DNA of 64,000 bases, taken from Eledone cirrhosa. Its lineage: Eukaryota. A model generated the notes under the pieces. The model made no database searches. It was not told the origin of the DNA and saw only the letters and a program-made list of their open reading frames with translations. Below, in pieces: positions 1 to 11,232 of the stretch (within the stretch, counting starts at the first letter, position 1; every line of letters starts with the position of its first letter). A program made the position numbers and the translations under genes. The DNA is taken from contig OZ024747.1 in NCBI GenBank assembly GCA_964016885.1, positions 7,006,001 through 7,070,000 of the forward strand, given 5' to 3'.

Positions 1-176
1 TAGTTGCAGCTGGCCAGTCGTGCTGTTGAGTGTTATAGTCACCCTAAAGTCTCTATACTCCCCAACTATGCAATAAAACATTAAATTTTGATGTTTGATA
101 GTTGTATTTTGTTTTTGCTGTTGTTATTGTTTTCAGATCAGCTCTGATTGAGCAGTCGTATGATGAAATGCTTTAA

Positions 177-387
177 CCCTTTAGCATTTAAACCGGCCAT
201 AATTCTCTCACTTCTGTTTGTTCAAACTGGCCGTAACTGGTCACTCATACTGACGTTACGGTATTGTTCTCAAAATAAATAACATCAAAATCTCATAAAT
301 TCGATATTATGTGAGATAATTATGTAAGATAAAGCCTTTACAATGAAAATATAATAGTATATATAGAGTAATGTAAATGTTAAAGGG
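177..387. mobile_element. piggyBac-like non-autonomous element (MITE)
   Basis: TTAA|CCCTTTAGCATTTA ... TAAATGTTAAAGGG|TTAA: about 14-bp terminal inverted repeats and a TTAA target duplication. Confidence 0.75.
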
Positions 388-640
388 TTAATTTCCCGTC
401 TTTAATTTCAGACATTATATATATCAGGATTCACTACCAAATATTACCTTCCCTCTTGTAGTGGTTAGGGTTAGGTGTGTTGCCTAAAACAATTAAGCAA
501 AGCATTTGGTCAACCAATTCCCCAGGGAGTTAATAGAAACCAAACTATATATATAGTATTATGTTTTCATTCTGACACAATATCCCACTCACAAGGCACT
601 GATTTCACTACTACACTAGGGCTTGAACACAACCACAAGG

Positions 641-770
641 ATATGGTCCGAACGTGGAAGAGCCGAACTCCCACTGTAATCGCCTCCATCTCTCTCGCCT
701 TCTCCATCTCTCCGTGTGGTGAGCAAATGGGGTCCCACGTGCTGGCCTCCCCACAGCCCCGGCGGACAGA
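641..770 (-). mobile_element. 3' fragment of a CRE-type non-LTR retrotransposon
   Basis: Reverse-complement match to the 3' parts of copies at 7348-7640 and 36880-37280; same orientation as 21794-22085. Confidence 0.6.
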
Positions 771-1262
771 TAATCTTTACCTACTTCTCACTCTCTTTGT
801 ATTTGATCATCGGTTTGCTTGGTTCAAACTCACCTGGATTTGAACATCAACAACCATAAGAGTTTCCAACAAAATCTTATTGAGAATGTCATATTTCCTT
901 ATGGACGTAGGTAATTGAACAAGGAACTGTAACTTACAAATTTCTATTTCGACACAATGAAGCACAATAAACTGTTGAAATGAAGAAAGGATGTAATAAT
1001 ATTAACACTGAACGTAATTCCGTGGCGACAGAAAAAAATTGTGTACTCTTCAAACTGTCAGACTGTACTTCGAGCCTGTAGGAGAGAATAGTTTAGCTGA
1101 AGCATAGTATATAGGCAAACATCACGAGCATCCTTGAAACACATGATTGTGATATGTTTGACTGTCTTTAAACAATTAAATATAGCACTTGTTAGATAGC
1201 ACTCAATACGAGTTCAATACATGACAGAAAATAATAAAACTCAGATCATATATTAATATATA

Positions 1263-1522
1263 TCACCGACTGGTGGTCCCGATGGTCAGAATGGAGAAGA
1301 CATTACCTCTGAGGATGGGGAGGAAGATGCACTGGAACAACCATTTCACGGGGCTCACACTTGCAGGTAACCATCCCTGCTCTGATAACAGTGAGTAGGG
1401 ATGTGGTCTGAGGGGCCAAGAACGCCGGAAATCTCCACTGCCACAGGCTTGATCGACCTCAAAACCTATCAGAGAGCGGCTGGTACTTCCCCAAGTATAT
1501 AGACGAGGGCAGAACAGCATCT
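1263..1522 (-). mobile_element. degenerate CRE-type LINE endonuclease fragment
   Basis: Translation ends KWLFQCIFLPILRGNVFSIL, matching the QRxSxxIxRGNA C-terminal motif of CRE-clade restriction-like endonucleases. Confidence 0.6.
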
Positions 1523-1899
1523 GCTAAGATAAACAAATAAGACAAAACAAAAAACAAAAAAACCGTTAAACTCTCTTTTCTAGGTGTTGACAAAACAATA
1601 AAATCTCGTTTGTCCCGGCACGAATTGATTTATAGCCACTTCTAGTAGTGGTAGTAGTAGTAGTGGTAGTGGTAGTGGTGGTGGTAGTAGTGGTAGTAAT
1701 AGTAGTAGTGGTAATGGTTGGTGGTAGCAGTAGTGGTACTAGTAGTAGAGGTGGTAGTTGTAGCAGTAGTAGTAGTAGTGGTAGTAGTAGTAGTAGTGGT
1801 GGCACTATTTGTAGTAGTAGTAGAAGAAAACAACAACAATAACAATAACAACAACAGCAATAAACAGTTCCGCTTGGTATATTTACATTCTCAAATTAG

Positions 1900-2185
1900 T
1901 TAATTGTTTCTACTTTTGGCACAAGGCCAGCAATTTTGGGAGATGGAAAAGTCGATTAAATCAATCCCAGTGCATTACTGGTATTTTATTCGATAGACAA
2001 CTTAAGGATGAAAGGCAAAGCTAACCTCGGCGGGACTCGAACTCAGACCGTAAAGGGCTGCAATTCTATGTTACAAAACATATCGGTACTTGACAGTTAA
2101 CAATTGTTTCTACTTTAGGCACAAGGCGAGGAATTACCCCAGTGCATTACTGGTACTTTATTTTATCGACCCCGTAAGGATGATA
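1900..2185 (-). mobile_element. two tRNA-derived SINE copies (abundant family, Nin/Deu-like core)
   Basis: B-box-like GAGTTCGAGTCCCG followed by TTTGCCTTTCATCCTT...GTCGATAAAATAAAGTACCAG core. Other copies at about 8240-8400, 10312-10505, 14305-14478, 16210-16410, 32640-32850, 41580-41762, 42895-43112, 49965-50142, 53540-53640 and 57800-58010. Confidence 0.7.
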
Positions 2186-2204
2186 ACAATGGAGCAGGTG
2201 AGGA

Positions 2205-2487
2205 GAGGGTTGTTATTTGATTTATAGTCATTTACTTGTCATCCATCACCATGTAGTGAACAGGATCAACGTTTTACTCGGTGGTGGCAGCTGCAGGACA
2301 TTCAGATCTTGGGTCATCTTCAAGACTCTTCCTTCCCCCTCATAAATACAGCTGGCCACTTTAGCATTGTTGATAAAACTGGAACGTCAGCCCCTAATGT
2401 AGCAGCCATGTCATCGTAAATGTCCTTGGGAGCTAAACCCTTTTCCTGCAGGTACTTGATAACACCACGATGTCAAATTTTGTCCAT
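2205..2487 (-). pseudogene. mariner transposase N-terminal (HTH) remnant
   Basis: Minus strand reads MDKI*HRGVIKYLQEKGLAPKDIYDDMAATLGADVP...LEDDPRSECPAAATTE*NVDPVHYMVMDD, a mariner N-terminus with stops and frameshift. Confidence 0.75.
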
Positions 2488-2670
2488 TTTCAAGAGAAGT
2501 CGCTACTAGTTACTTTTGAAATCTTCTTTGAACAGTCAGGTGTCAGATGCGAACAGTTCGGATCTAGCTGTTCGAAACGGCCAGAGCTCAACCGTCGGGG
2601 TCCTGAATCTTTTCATATTACCCACTCTACTACCCAAAGTATCGAGTACTCTGGTAGGTTATGATCCACC

Positions 2671-2711
<41 letters not shown>

Positions 2712-2836
2712 TTAAACTTTAATCTGTTATATTAATAAATATTTGCTCTTCGGTTCTTATATATTTGATATATATTTTCCTTATCGAGCCCTCTTTGGAT
2801 TTTAGTCTTCAATTTTATTATTATTACTATTATTAC

Positions 2837-2876
<40 letters not shown>

Positions 2877-3024
2877 CGAAGGAAATGTGGTAAGGAACCC
2901 TCTTTCTCCTACTGGCAGGTTCAGCTACCCCTTCCTTCCACAAATTGCCATGATAGAATTATGTGTCTCAACAACAAACTTTTGACCAATCCTTGTGACA
3001 ATCACTTTTACCATATATGGAATT

Positions 3025-3120
3025 ACCCCCTGAGAAGCTCGGCTATTCATATACCAGGATAAAAATTTTCCTTTAGTCCAGAATTAGCCGTCGAAACGGC
3101 TTGAGCTCAGCCGTCGGGGT
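3025..3120 (+). ncRNA. type I hammerhead ribozyme (variant core) in TA-embedded repeat family A
   Basis: Helix I ACCCC/GGGGT; core CTGAGAA; helix II CGGCTA/TAGCCG with long loop; GAAAC; helix III ACGGCT/AGCCGT; GTC triplet at 3113-3115. Confidence 0.6.
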
Positions 3121-3130
3121 CCTACTTGTT

Positions 3131-3313
<183 letters not shown>

Positions 3314-3622
3314 TGTGGATATGTATCCCATGACTACTGGTGAACCAAAAGTCAAAATTTATTGCAACCTTCAAGTATTGCTATAAACTATTAACCTGTA
3401 TTAATCGCCTGACAAACACTTGAGCGAAACGTAAGAGAGTGGAACTCTTCTTTATTGTTAAAAAAAAAACCAGACTGACATCCATTATAATGAAGTAAGT
3501 GTATCATCCATTTCTATTTTAAAGTAAAAAAATTCAAATTTCTCTTTTAATCTAGCTATCTATCAATATATCTATCTGCCTTCTCCGCTCTCTCTTTTTC
3601 ACTTTATATATATATATATATG

Positions 3623-3840
3623 TAATAGGAACGAGTAGGACCCCGACGGCTGAGCTCAAGCCGTTTCGACGGCTAATTCTGGACTATTCTGGACTATTTT
3701 TAGTCCAGAATTAGCCGTCGAAACGGCTTGAACTCAGCCGTCGGGGTCCTACTCGTTCCTATTACCCACTCTACTACCCTAAGTATTGAGTATTTTGGTG
3801 CGTTATGGTCCACCTGGTTCCTTACCACATTTCCTTCGTT
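3623..3840. mobile_element. family A fold-back element (Penelope pLTR/retrozyme-like)
   Basis: Inverted then forward copy of the hammerhead 3' half plus a conserved tail ending ...CCTTACCACATTTCCTTCGTT(ATA)n. Other copies: 2555-2671, 2875-3133, 21127-21258, 23621-23860, 33765-33878, 34119-34178, 38251-38388, 44653-44711, 51567-51782, 59539-59732. Confidence 0.65.
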
Positions 3841-3916
3841 ATATATATATATATATATATATTCAATTCAAGCACTCAACGTACTTTTTCCACATAGGAG
3901 TGACGGAGTAAATATC

Positions 3917-4096
3917 GAATAAGGAAAAGCGAAGTAGTTTCAGATGTTCAAGTCCTTTAATAATAATGGTGTGATATATATTTCAATGACGACACTGGCC
4001 ACACAGAACAGTGTGGCCAGTGTCGTCATTGAAATATATATCACAGCTTTATTATTAAAGGACTTGAACATCTGAAACTACTTCGCTTTTCCTTAT

Positions 4097-4098
<2 letters not shown>
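3917..4098. repeat. near-perfect ~180-bp fold-back carrying a hammerhead-like 3' half
   Basis: GAATAAGGAAAAGCG...CTGGCCACAC / GTGTGGCCAG...CGCTTTTCCTTATTC; the arm contains GAAA-TATATA-TC. Confidence 0.8.
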
Positions 4099-4185
<87 letters not shown>

Positions 4186-4736
4186 TGCATCTTCGCTTAT
4201 CCGGACGTTCAAAACCAAACAGTTAGAAAAAGATCCGGTTAAGTGAAATATCCGGATAAGTGAATTCTAAAATCCCATTCTTACATAATGCTCGTGGTTT
4301 CTAATGTTTTGGCTTCTTTTAGTCAAAATAAAAGACAAATGCTAAGTAAAGAAAGTTTATTAGAATAACAAAAGAACAGCTAGAATTTATAAGAAAATTA
4401 ATTAAACAAACATAAGAATAACTAAAAACTTGGTAAAACTGAATTGAGTCAAACCATAAAAAGTTAGTACTTTTAAAAAAATGAATAAATAGAAGATTGT
4501 TTTCGCGCCGAAGCTCGTCGTTCCACTACCATTTCCCGCCAACGTAAACATGTCGCAGTGCTAACCGGATCCGCCAGTCCCTCATACCTCAAATATGTTA
4601 AAAATTGGTCTATATGATGATATGCTTCCGTAAATGTACATCAATACTCATCTTTTTCCATTTATCTGAGGGTTCTAAACCCCATTATCAGGCTAAAATT
4701 CCTTTAGTCAAAAATACGGTGAAAGCTATTCTATTT

Positions 4737-4837
<101 letters not shown>

Positions 4838-5302
4838 TATATATACCTTAACAGAGAAAGCCTTAAGCGATACTCTGACCAACCCCATGCTTATTTCATG
4901 TGATACCTTTGCCTTGAAAAAAATTATATATGCCTAATACCATTGCTTGTTTCCTTCCTATATATGACTAATGCATTTGCACTCTCTTTACGCTTGCATA
5001 TGTACTGCTAGTGTCCTCGTTTTACGAGTAGCTTTCTACCTTAATGCCTCTTTAATTGTTATACTATTACCTTATAATCTCTGTCGCTTGCATTCCACTC
5101 TGTGCCTTTTTAATTTTTAATTTTAAATTTTTAATTTTTAATTTTTAATTTTTAATTTTTAATTTTAATTATTGTACAATTCTCTTGTAATCTAGGTCGC
5201 ATCCATTCCACTCTGTAAATACGAAACTGTTGTTGACAACATTAATATCCATGTATCTATATGATTGTTCAGTTGAATAGGAGGTTAATTATATGTACAA
5301 AC

Positions 5303-5359
5303 ATTGCTACAGTACCGATGACTTCAAACGAAAGTTTGGAAGAAACGATTGTCAGCAAT
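5303..5359 (+). ncRNA. hammerhead ribozyme-like motif
   Basis: Helix I ATTGCT/AGCAAT; core CCGATGA; helix II with AAAC-GAAA-GTTT hairpin; GAAAC-GATT-GTC; overlapping AATAAA, then (TA)n. Confidence 0.55.
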
Positions 5360-5393
5360 AAAATGATTTGAACATAGCTTTGATTATTGTGTA

Positions 5394-5506
<113 letters not shown>

Positions 5507-5891
5507 TATGTTTGAAGAACAGTCAGACAAAATATATCCAATTCTTTTCCTCCTTAGTCCGTAAAAATTAACCAGATAAATAATCATTTAAATGGAGCTA
5601 AGTTTAAAATGTAACTTTGAAGAAATAACAGATAAAAGTCACAGACTTTCCTCTGTGAGGAACAGTCAGATAAAATTTATTCAGTCTTTCCTCTTAGTCC
5701 GTAGAAATTAACTAGACAAATAATCATTTAAACGGAGCTAAGTCTAAAATGTAAGTTTGAAGAAAAAAAAATGCATATAAACTTTACCAAAGTTCTTCTA
5801 GTCCCGACTATCGATAGTTTCGCTCGTACTTTGTGGATATGTCCAGTCGTGGTATTATACATGAGGCTTCGAGCTTTTCAAGAGATTCCCT

Positions 5892-6105
5892 CAGTTAGGA
5901 CTAAAGTTTCTAAAGTGATCGCCGCCAGTAACGAATTCGGTTGAGTAAACCTTAGGCGGTAAATAACTGCTCTTTCTAGCAATGAACCTACCTGCCATCA
6001 GGCCTACCCTTTACAAACCTTCGACCGCTAGCCACGTGATGTTTTTAACCCCTTTTGAATTCGTTACTGGCGGCGATCCCTTTAGAAACTTTAGTCTTTT
6101 AACTG
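5892..6105. mobile_element. MITE-like element with ~46-bp inverted arms
   Basis: GACTAAAGTTTCTAAAGTGATCGCCGCCAGTAACGAATTC / GAATTCGTTACTGGCGGCGATCCCTTTAGAAACTTTAGTC; preceded by a ~110-bp direct repeat (5514-5625, 5657-5765). Confidence 0.5.
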
Positions 6106-6339
6106 TAATTTATAATTCCCAGCTCTCTCTTTTTTTTTTTTTTTTACAGTATACCACTGTTAAGTAAAAGATCATTGGTTCGATTACTGTTATTGCTGTT
6201 ATGTGTTGACATAATCGTTCACCTCATCTTTAATCTTACGACACCACATTACGACCAACACAATAACGAAACATATTGTCGTCCACAGCAATATATGATA
6301 TATATTAAGGTTCGTATTCAACTAAGTTAACCTTAACTT

Positions 6340-6561
6340 ATCACACACACACTCACTTATACACACACACACGCAAACACACACACACGTACACACTCAA
6401 ACACACACACACTCACTCAAACACACACTCACTTAAACACACACTCACTTAAACACACACACACCCACTCAAACGCACACGCACAAACACACAAACATAC
6501 ACACACACACACTCAAGCACACTCACACACACAAACACACATGCACTCAAACACGCACACT

Positions 6562-6616
<55 letters not shown>

Positions 6617-7170
6617 AAAAACACACATTCAAACACACACACACTCACTCAAACACACACACTCAAACACACACACACACAGACTCAAACACACACATAC
6701 AACCTCAAACACATACACACACTCAAAAACATACACAGACCCCTTCAAACACACAAACACAAACTCAAAAACATACACATGCTCAAACACACACACACAC
6801 ACTCAAACACACACACACGTACATACACACACTCAAACGACCACACGTACATACACACACACTCAAACACAGACACGCACATACATACACATACACATAC
6901 ACACACTCACGCACATACTCAAACACACACTGAAACACACTCAAATACACACTCAAACACACACACGCACACACACGCACACACACACACAAACGCACAT
7001 ACTCAAACTCACTTAAAGACACATTCAAACACACATTCAAACACACACACTGAAACACACTCACACACACATACACGCACATAACCACACACGCACGCAT
7101 ACATGCATACACACACAAATACAAACACAGACACACATATATACACACATGTACCCACACTCGCACACAT
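6340..7170. repeat. degenerate (CA)n-rich low-complexity array
   Basis: CACACACTCAAA-type units seen directly. Confidence 0.9.
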
Positions 7171-7347
7171 ATATAAAGCATATAGATGTATACAAGCAAA
7201 CATGAGAGCCTCTACGTGGTATTTCCATCTGTTAGAAATAACAACCAAATTCCTTACCGTAAAGAACACTGACTATACCAGTTTCCTATTTGACTATACC
7301 AATTCTTTTTTGCAATTCTTATCTAATATGAAACAAACTGAACTCTA

Positions 7348-7640
7348 GTCGCTCTCCGACAGGTTTGCGGTCGTACCCTTGGCAGTGGAGACTTCTGGTG
7401 ACCTCGGCCCTAGGGCTACCTCCCTACTCATCACCATAGGCGCTGAGCTGGCCAGCCGCAGGTGTGAGCCTCGCGAGTTGGAATGACTCTTCCATCTCCC
7501 TCACCATTCTCCGTAGAAACGCCTTCTCCATTCTGTCCACCGGGGCTGTGGGGAGGCCAGCACGTGGGACCCCGTTTGCCAACTATACGGAGAGATGGGG
7601 AGGGCTAGAGAGATGGAGGCGATGACAGTGGGAGTCCGAC
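7348..7640 (+). mobile_element. 3' end of a CRE-type non-LTR retrotransposon
   Basis: Translates LSDRFAVVPLAVETSGDLGPRATSLLITIGAELASRRCEPRELE..., the PxAxETxGxxG motif of CRE restriction-like endonuclease. Confidence 0.7.
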
Positions 7641-8750
7641 TGACTGATTCCTGTAACATTCATTTGCAGTTGCCACATTATATACAACAGAAGCCTTATC
7701 TGACATCCAAAAGGCACAAACTTGTAACTTCATATGCCCAACTGAATGTCAACTTGATCGTGCCTCTAAAAGTATTGTTTACTTCTAAAGTATTGTTTAC
7801 TGTATTGAAGTAACTGTTAATCATTTTAAAACAACATATTTATTACACAAGTACACATTCCCAAACCATCTTAAAATAGCGATATCAGTTTGTCTGATTA
7901 CATATGGGTTTCTCCAAAATAGGGAAGTAGAATATGATATTAAAAGGAAACCATAGAAAACATCCAAGTGAGCTCTGTTCTCTCTTTCCATCAGAGGCAT
8001 ATGAGGTATTGTTCTCACATTCCCCCAACCTCAACAGAAAATCAGAACTAATTTCTAACTGTATACAAAGACCACAGTGTACGCTAAAATATTGTAAACT
8101 ATTTATAAGATAACGAAAGATATAAACTGCTCATGTGAGTGTCTTTGCTTCACAAAAAATATTGTTATATATTTATACCCGTATAGTCATTTAGTTATAT
8201 ATTAAATTATTATGACTTTATAGTTCCAATGGAGATTAATTGCTTCTACTTTCGATACAAGGCCAGCAAATACCCAGTGCATTACTGGTACTTTATTTTA
8301 TCGACCCCGTAAGGACGAAAGGCAAAGCTAACTTCGGCGGGATTTGAACTTAGATCTCAAAGGACCGTAACTCTATGCTGCAAAGCATGGCGTCCGACCC
8401 TCAGTTTTATCTATAAGTATGGAAATACAGAAAACGTCTGTGATGTTACCATATATGCACATATGGCAACGGATTAATGTGAACGAACTAGCGAGAGAAT
8501 CTCAACCAGGTTGATCAATTTGCGAGAAATAGCAGCCAAATCTCCATCAAATCCCACTCTACTGTCTTTAAAAAAGAAGGGGTATATTAGATAATGTTGT
8601 TAGCTATACTTCTACAAAGACGGGATAGTTATGTCAGGAATGCTTTTGATTATAAGTTTGCTCGATCAGAGATAACCTGTACCAAAACACCACCATAATA
8701 AATTAGGAATCTATTAGCCTTTATAGTACACCAAAATGTTTGTTTTACAG

Positions 8751-9938
8751 GTTCATAAAACCGGAAGTTCAACAGTAATGAATATTCTTCAACGATTTGG
8801 ATTAGCGCGGAATTTGAGCTTTATACTACCCAGAGTAAAGAACTACTTGGGCTATGGTAAATCATTGCCCTATCCACCAAATACACAGTATTTCAATTCT
8901 CAAATTTTAATACCACCGAACAACGAAGCATTTCATATTCTTTGTAACCACGTCGTGTATAACCATACAGCTTTTAACGCAACATTGTCCGGCCGCCATC
9001 TTGTCAATAAAGAAACTTCTAACTTAAAAAAGGTCAGAGAAGTTGGCAATAGAAAACCTCCTCTTTTGTTTGACTTCATTCCATTTCTAAAATATTACAA
9101 GAAAACTCACAGAAATGAAGAGAGTCTATGTTATCAGAATTTCGCTACAAGAAAATTGAATAAATTATGTCACAAAAGTCCAAATGGTCTGTCAGAAGTA
9201 AAGGATTATTTTTACTTTGCGTCGATTAGACAGCCTCTTCAGCAAGTCATTTCAGCCGTTGATTATTATAAGATTTTCCCAACAGTGTCTCATAATAATT
9301 TAATGGAAGCGATATTGAACAATCCACATCCTTACAGCCATAACCGTATGTCACTCGACCTTGGCTTAAACCGCAAAGATTTCTACAACAAATCACGTAT
9401 TGATCAGTTTCTTACCAAAATTGATCAAGATTTTGATTTAATTTTGCTAATGGAATATTTTGACGAATCTTTGATTCTTCTACGCCGCTGGTTATGCTGG
9501 GAAATGTCAGATATATTATATATTAAGAAAAACGTTGGCCCACACAAACTGTCTGTTAGAATCAGTTATGAACAGCGGGAGCGTTTCCGGAATGGGTTCG
9601 CATTTGCAGACAGCAGACTTTATGAGTATTTTTACCAGAAATTCTGGTGGAAAGTTATGGAAGAAAGTTTCGACTTTTGGGATGAAGTTTTTCACTTCAA
9701 ATCCGTTCTATCAATGGTTGATAGCTATTGTAATTCATTGCCACAAAATTTGACAGATTTGGTTTTAGACCTTTCAGCCACTGATAAGCAGGACTTAGAT
9801 GATGTCAGTATTTTGAATATTTCCAGTTCAAAATGGAATTCACATTTCATCATTAATGTCACCACGTGTGCATACATGAAGACACCAGAGTTGGTTTTAA
9901 TAAGTCATATTCGTAAATTGGAATATGGTATTCCTTAA
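8751..9938 (+). CDS. GAL3ST: galactose-3-O-sulfotransferase family protein, terminal coding exon
   Basis: Acceptor TTGTTTTACAG at 8740-8750. The exon starts VHKTGSSTVMNILQRFG (5'-PSB motif) and contains ILCNH, SIRQPLQQVISAVDYY (3'-PB), and FDLILLMEYFDESLILLRRWLCW. TAA at 9936-9938. The upstream TM exon was not found. Confidence 0.92.
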   Translation, partial: VHKTGSSTVMNILQRFGLARNLSFILPRVKNYLGYGKSLPYPPNTQYFNSQILIPPNNEAFHILCNHVVYNHTAFNATLSGRHLVNKETSNLKKVREVGNRKPPLLFDFIPFLKYYKKTHRNEESLCYQNFATRKLNKLCHKSPNGLSEVKDYFYFASIRQPLQQVISAVDYYKIFPTVSHNNLMEAILNNPHPYSHNRMSLDLGLNRKDFYNKSRIDQFLTKIDQDFDLILLMEYFDESLILLRRWLCWEMSDILYIKKNVGPHKLSVRISYEQRERFRNGFAFADSRLYEYFYQKFWWKVMEESFDFWDEVFHFKSVLSMVDSYCNSLPQNLTDLVLDLSATDKQDLDDVSILNISSSKWNSHFIINVTTCAYMKTPELVLISHIRKLEYGIP

Positions 9939-10001
9939 GCTCACGAATTCTGCCACCGGTGAATGTACATAAATTCGCACACGCACATAAATGCGCACAC
10001 A

Positions 10002-10105
<104 letters not shown>

Positions 10106-10112
10106 AGGGAGG

Positions 10113-10179
<67 letters not shown>

Positions 10180-10764
10180 TTTATTTATAAAATCCATTTC
10201 TTACTTTCACACTGTCGAAGTTTTGCCAGTTAGGATGAAATTAAGATCCAAATATTATCTTGTGTGTCCACGAAACATCCCCGATCAACAGCCGACAGCT
10301 ATTCAGAGTCAGTAATTGTTTCTACTTTTGGCACAAGACCAGCAATTATCCCAGTGCATTACTGGTACTTTATTTTATCGACCCCCGTAAGGATGAAAGG
10401 CAAAGTTAACCTCGGCAGGATTTGAACTCAGACCGTAAAGGGACGTAATAAAGTACCAGTAATACACTGGGACAATTGCTGGTCTTGTGCCAAAAGTAGA
10501 AACAAATATTGACATCTACCGATATACAGACTTTGATTCCAGTGAATTTATCTATATGTTCTAAAATGGTTGTCGATGTCTATTTTCGATCTAAATGAAC
10601 TCCGAAAAAGGCGAGACATAAAAACTGGATCGGAACTGGGTCTAAGTATCCCTGTTGTTGGCTTTCTCCCTTCCACTGACGTCTGCCAATCTTATACTTA
10701 CAGTTACTTTCAAAAAAGGGGACTTCAACCGTGACATTTTCACACCTGTAGAGTCCACACTGTA

Positions 10765-10950
10765 AATGTGGTTGGTGTTAGGAAGGACAACCAGCTGTAA
10801 AAAACCTGCCAGAGACACTTCCGTACGAGCGAGACACGGTCTCCCGACCATTCCCGCATCAAATGGAACAAAACCGTCTAACCTATGTTAGCGTAGAAGA
10901 TGGACGTTAAACGATGATGATGATGATGATGATGATGATAATGATGATCA
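10765..10950 (+). mobile_element. SINE 3' part with RTE-like tail ending in (GAT)n
   Basis: GGTTGGTGTTAGGAAGG...GGACGTTAAACGATGATG; tail resembles the RTE 3' end at 61625-61805. Confidence 0.5.
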
Positions 10951-11232
10951 TAGAGGACGGTTAAATGCATCAATCATCCACAAGGAAACACCAATATCAA
11001 GGTTTAAAGTGTTTTTAATGTTCACTTTATCCTTATATCACTTAAACCTCATATCACCGCATCGGAGCTCCTACTGGACGTCTTCCTTCATGCAATTATC
11101 CGTAGGGAGGTAGTGGTTTGTACTTTGCGAAGGTTTTTAGAACCTTGTGTTTGTAATTAAATACCCTATAGTGCACTTCTGCTGCTGTCACCACCACCAA
11201 AGCATTCCCGTAGACAATGGCCAGCAATACCT

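Noticed and set aside
8736-8750. ATG at 8736 as the GAL3ST start
   Set aside because: It lies in the pyrimidine tract of a splice acceptor; the family needs an upstream TM-encoding exon.
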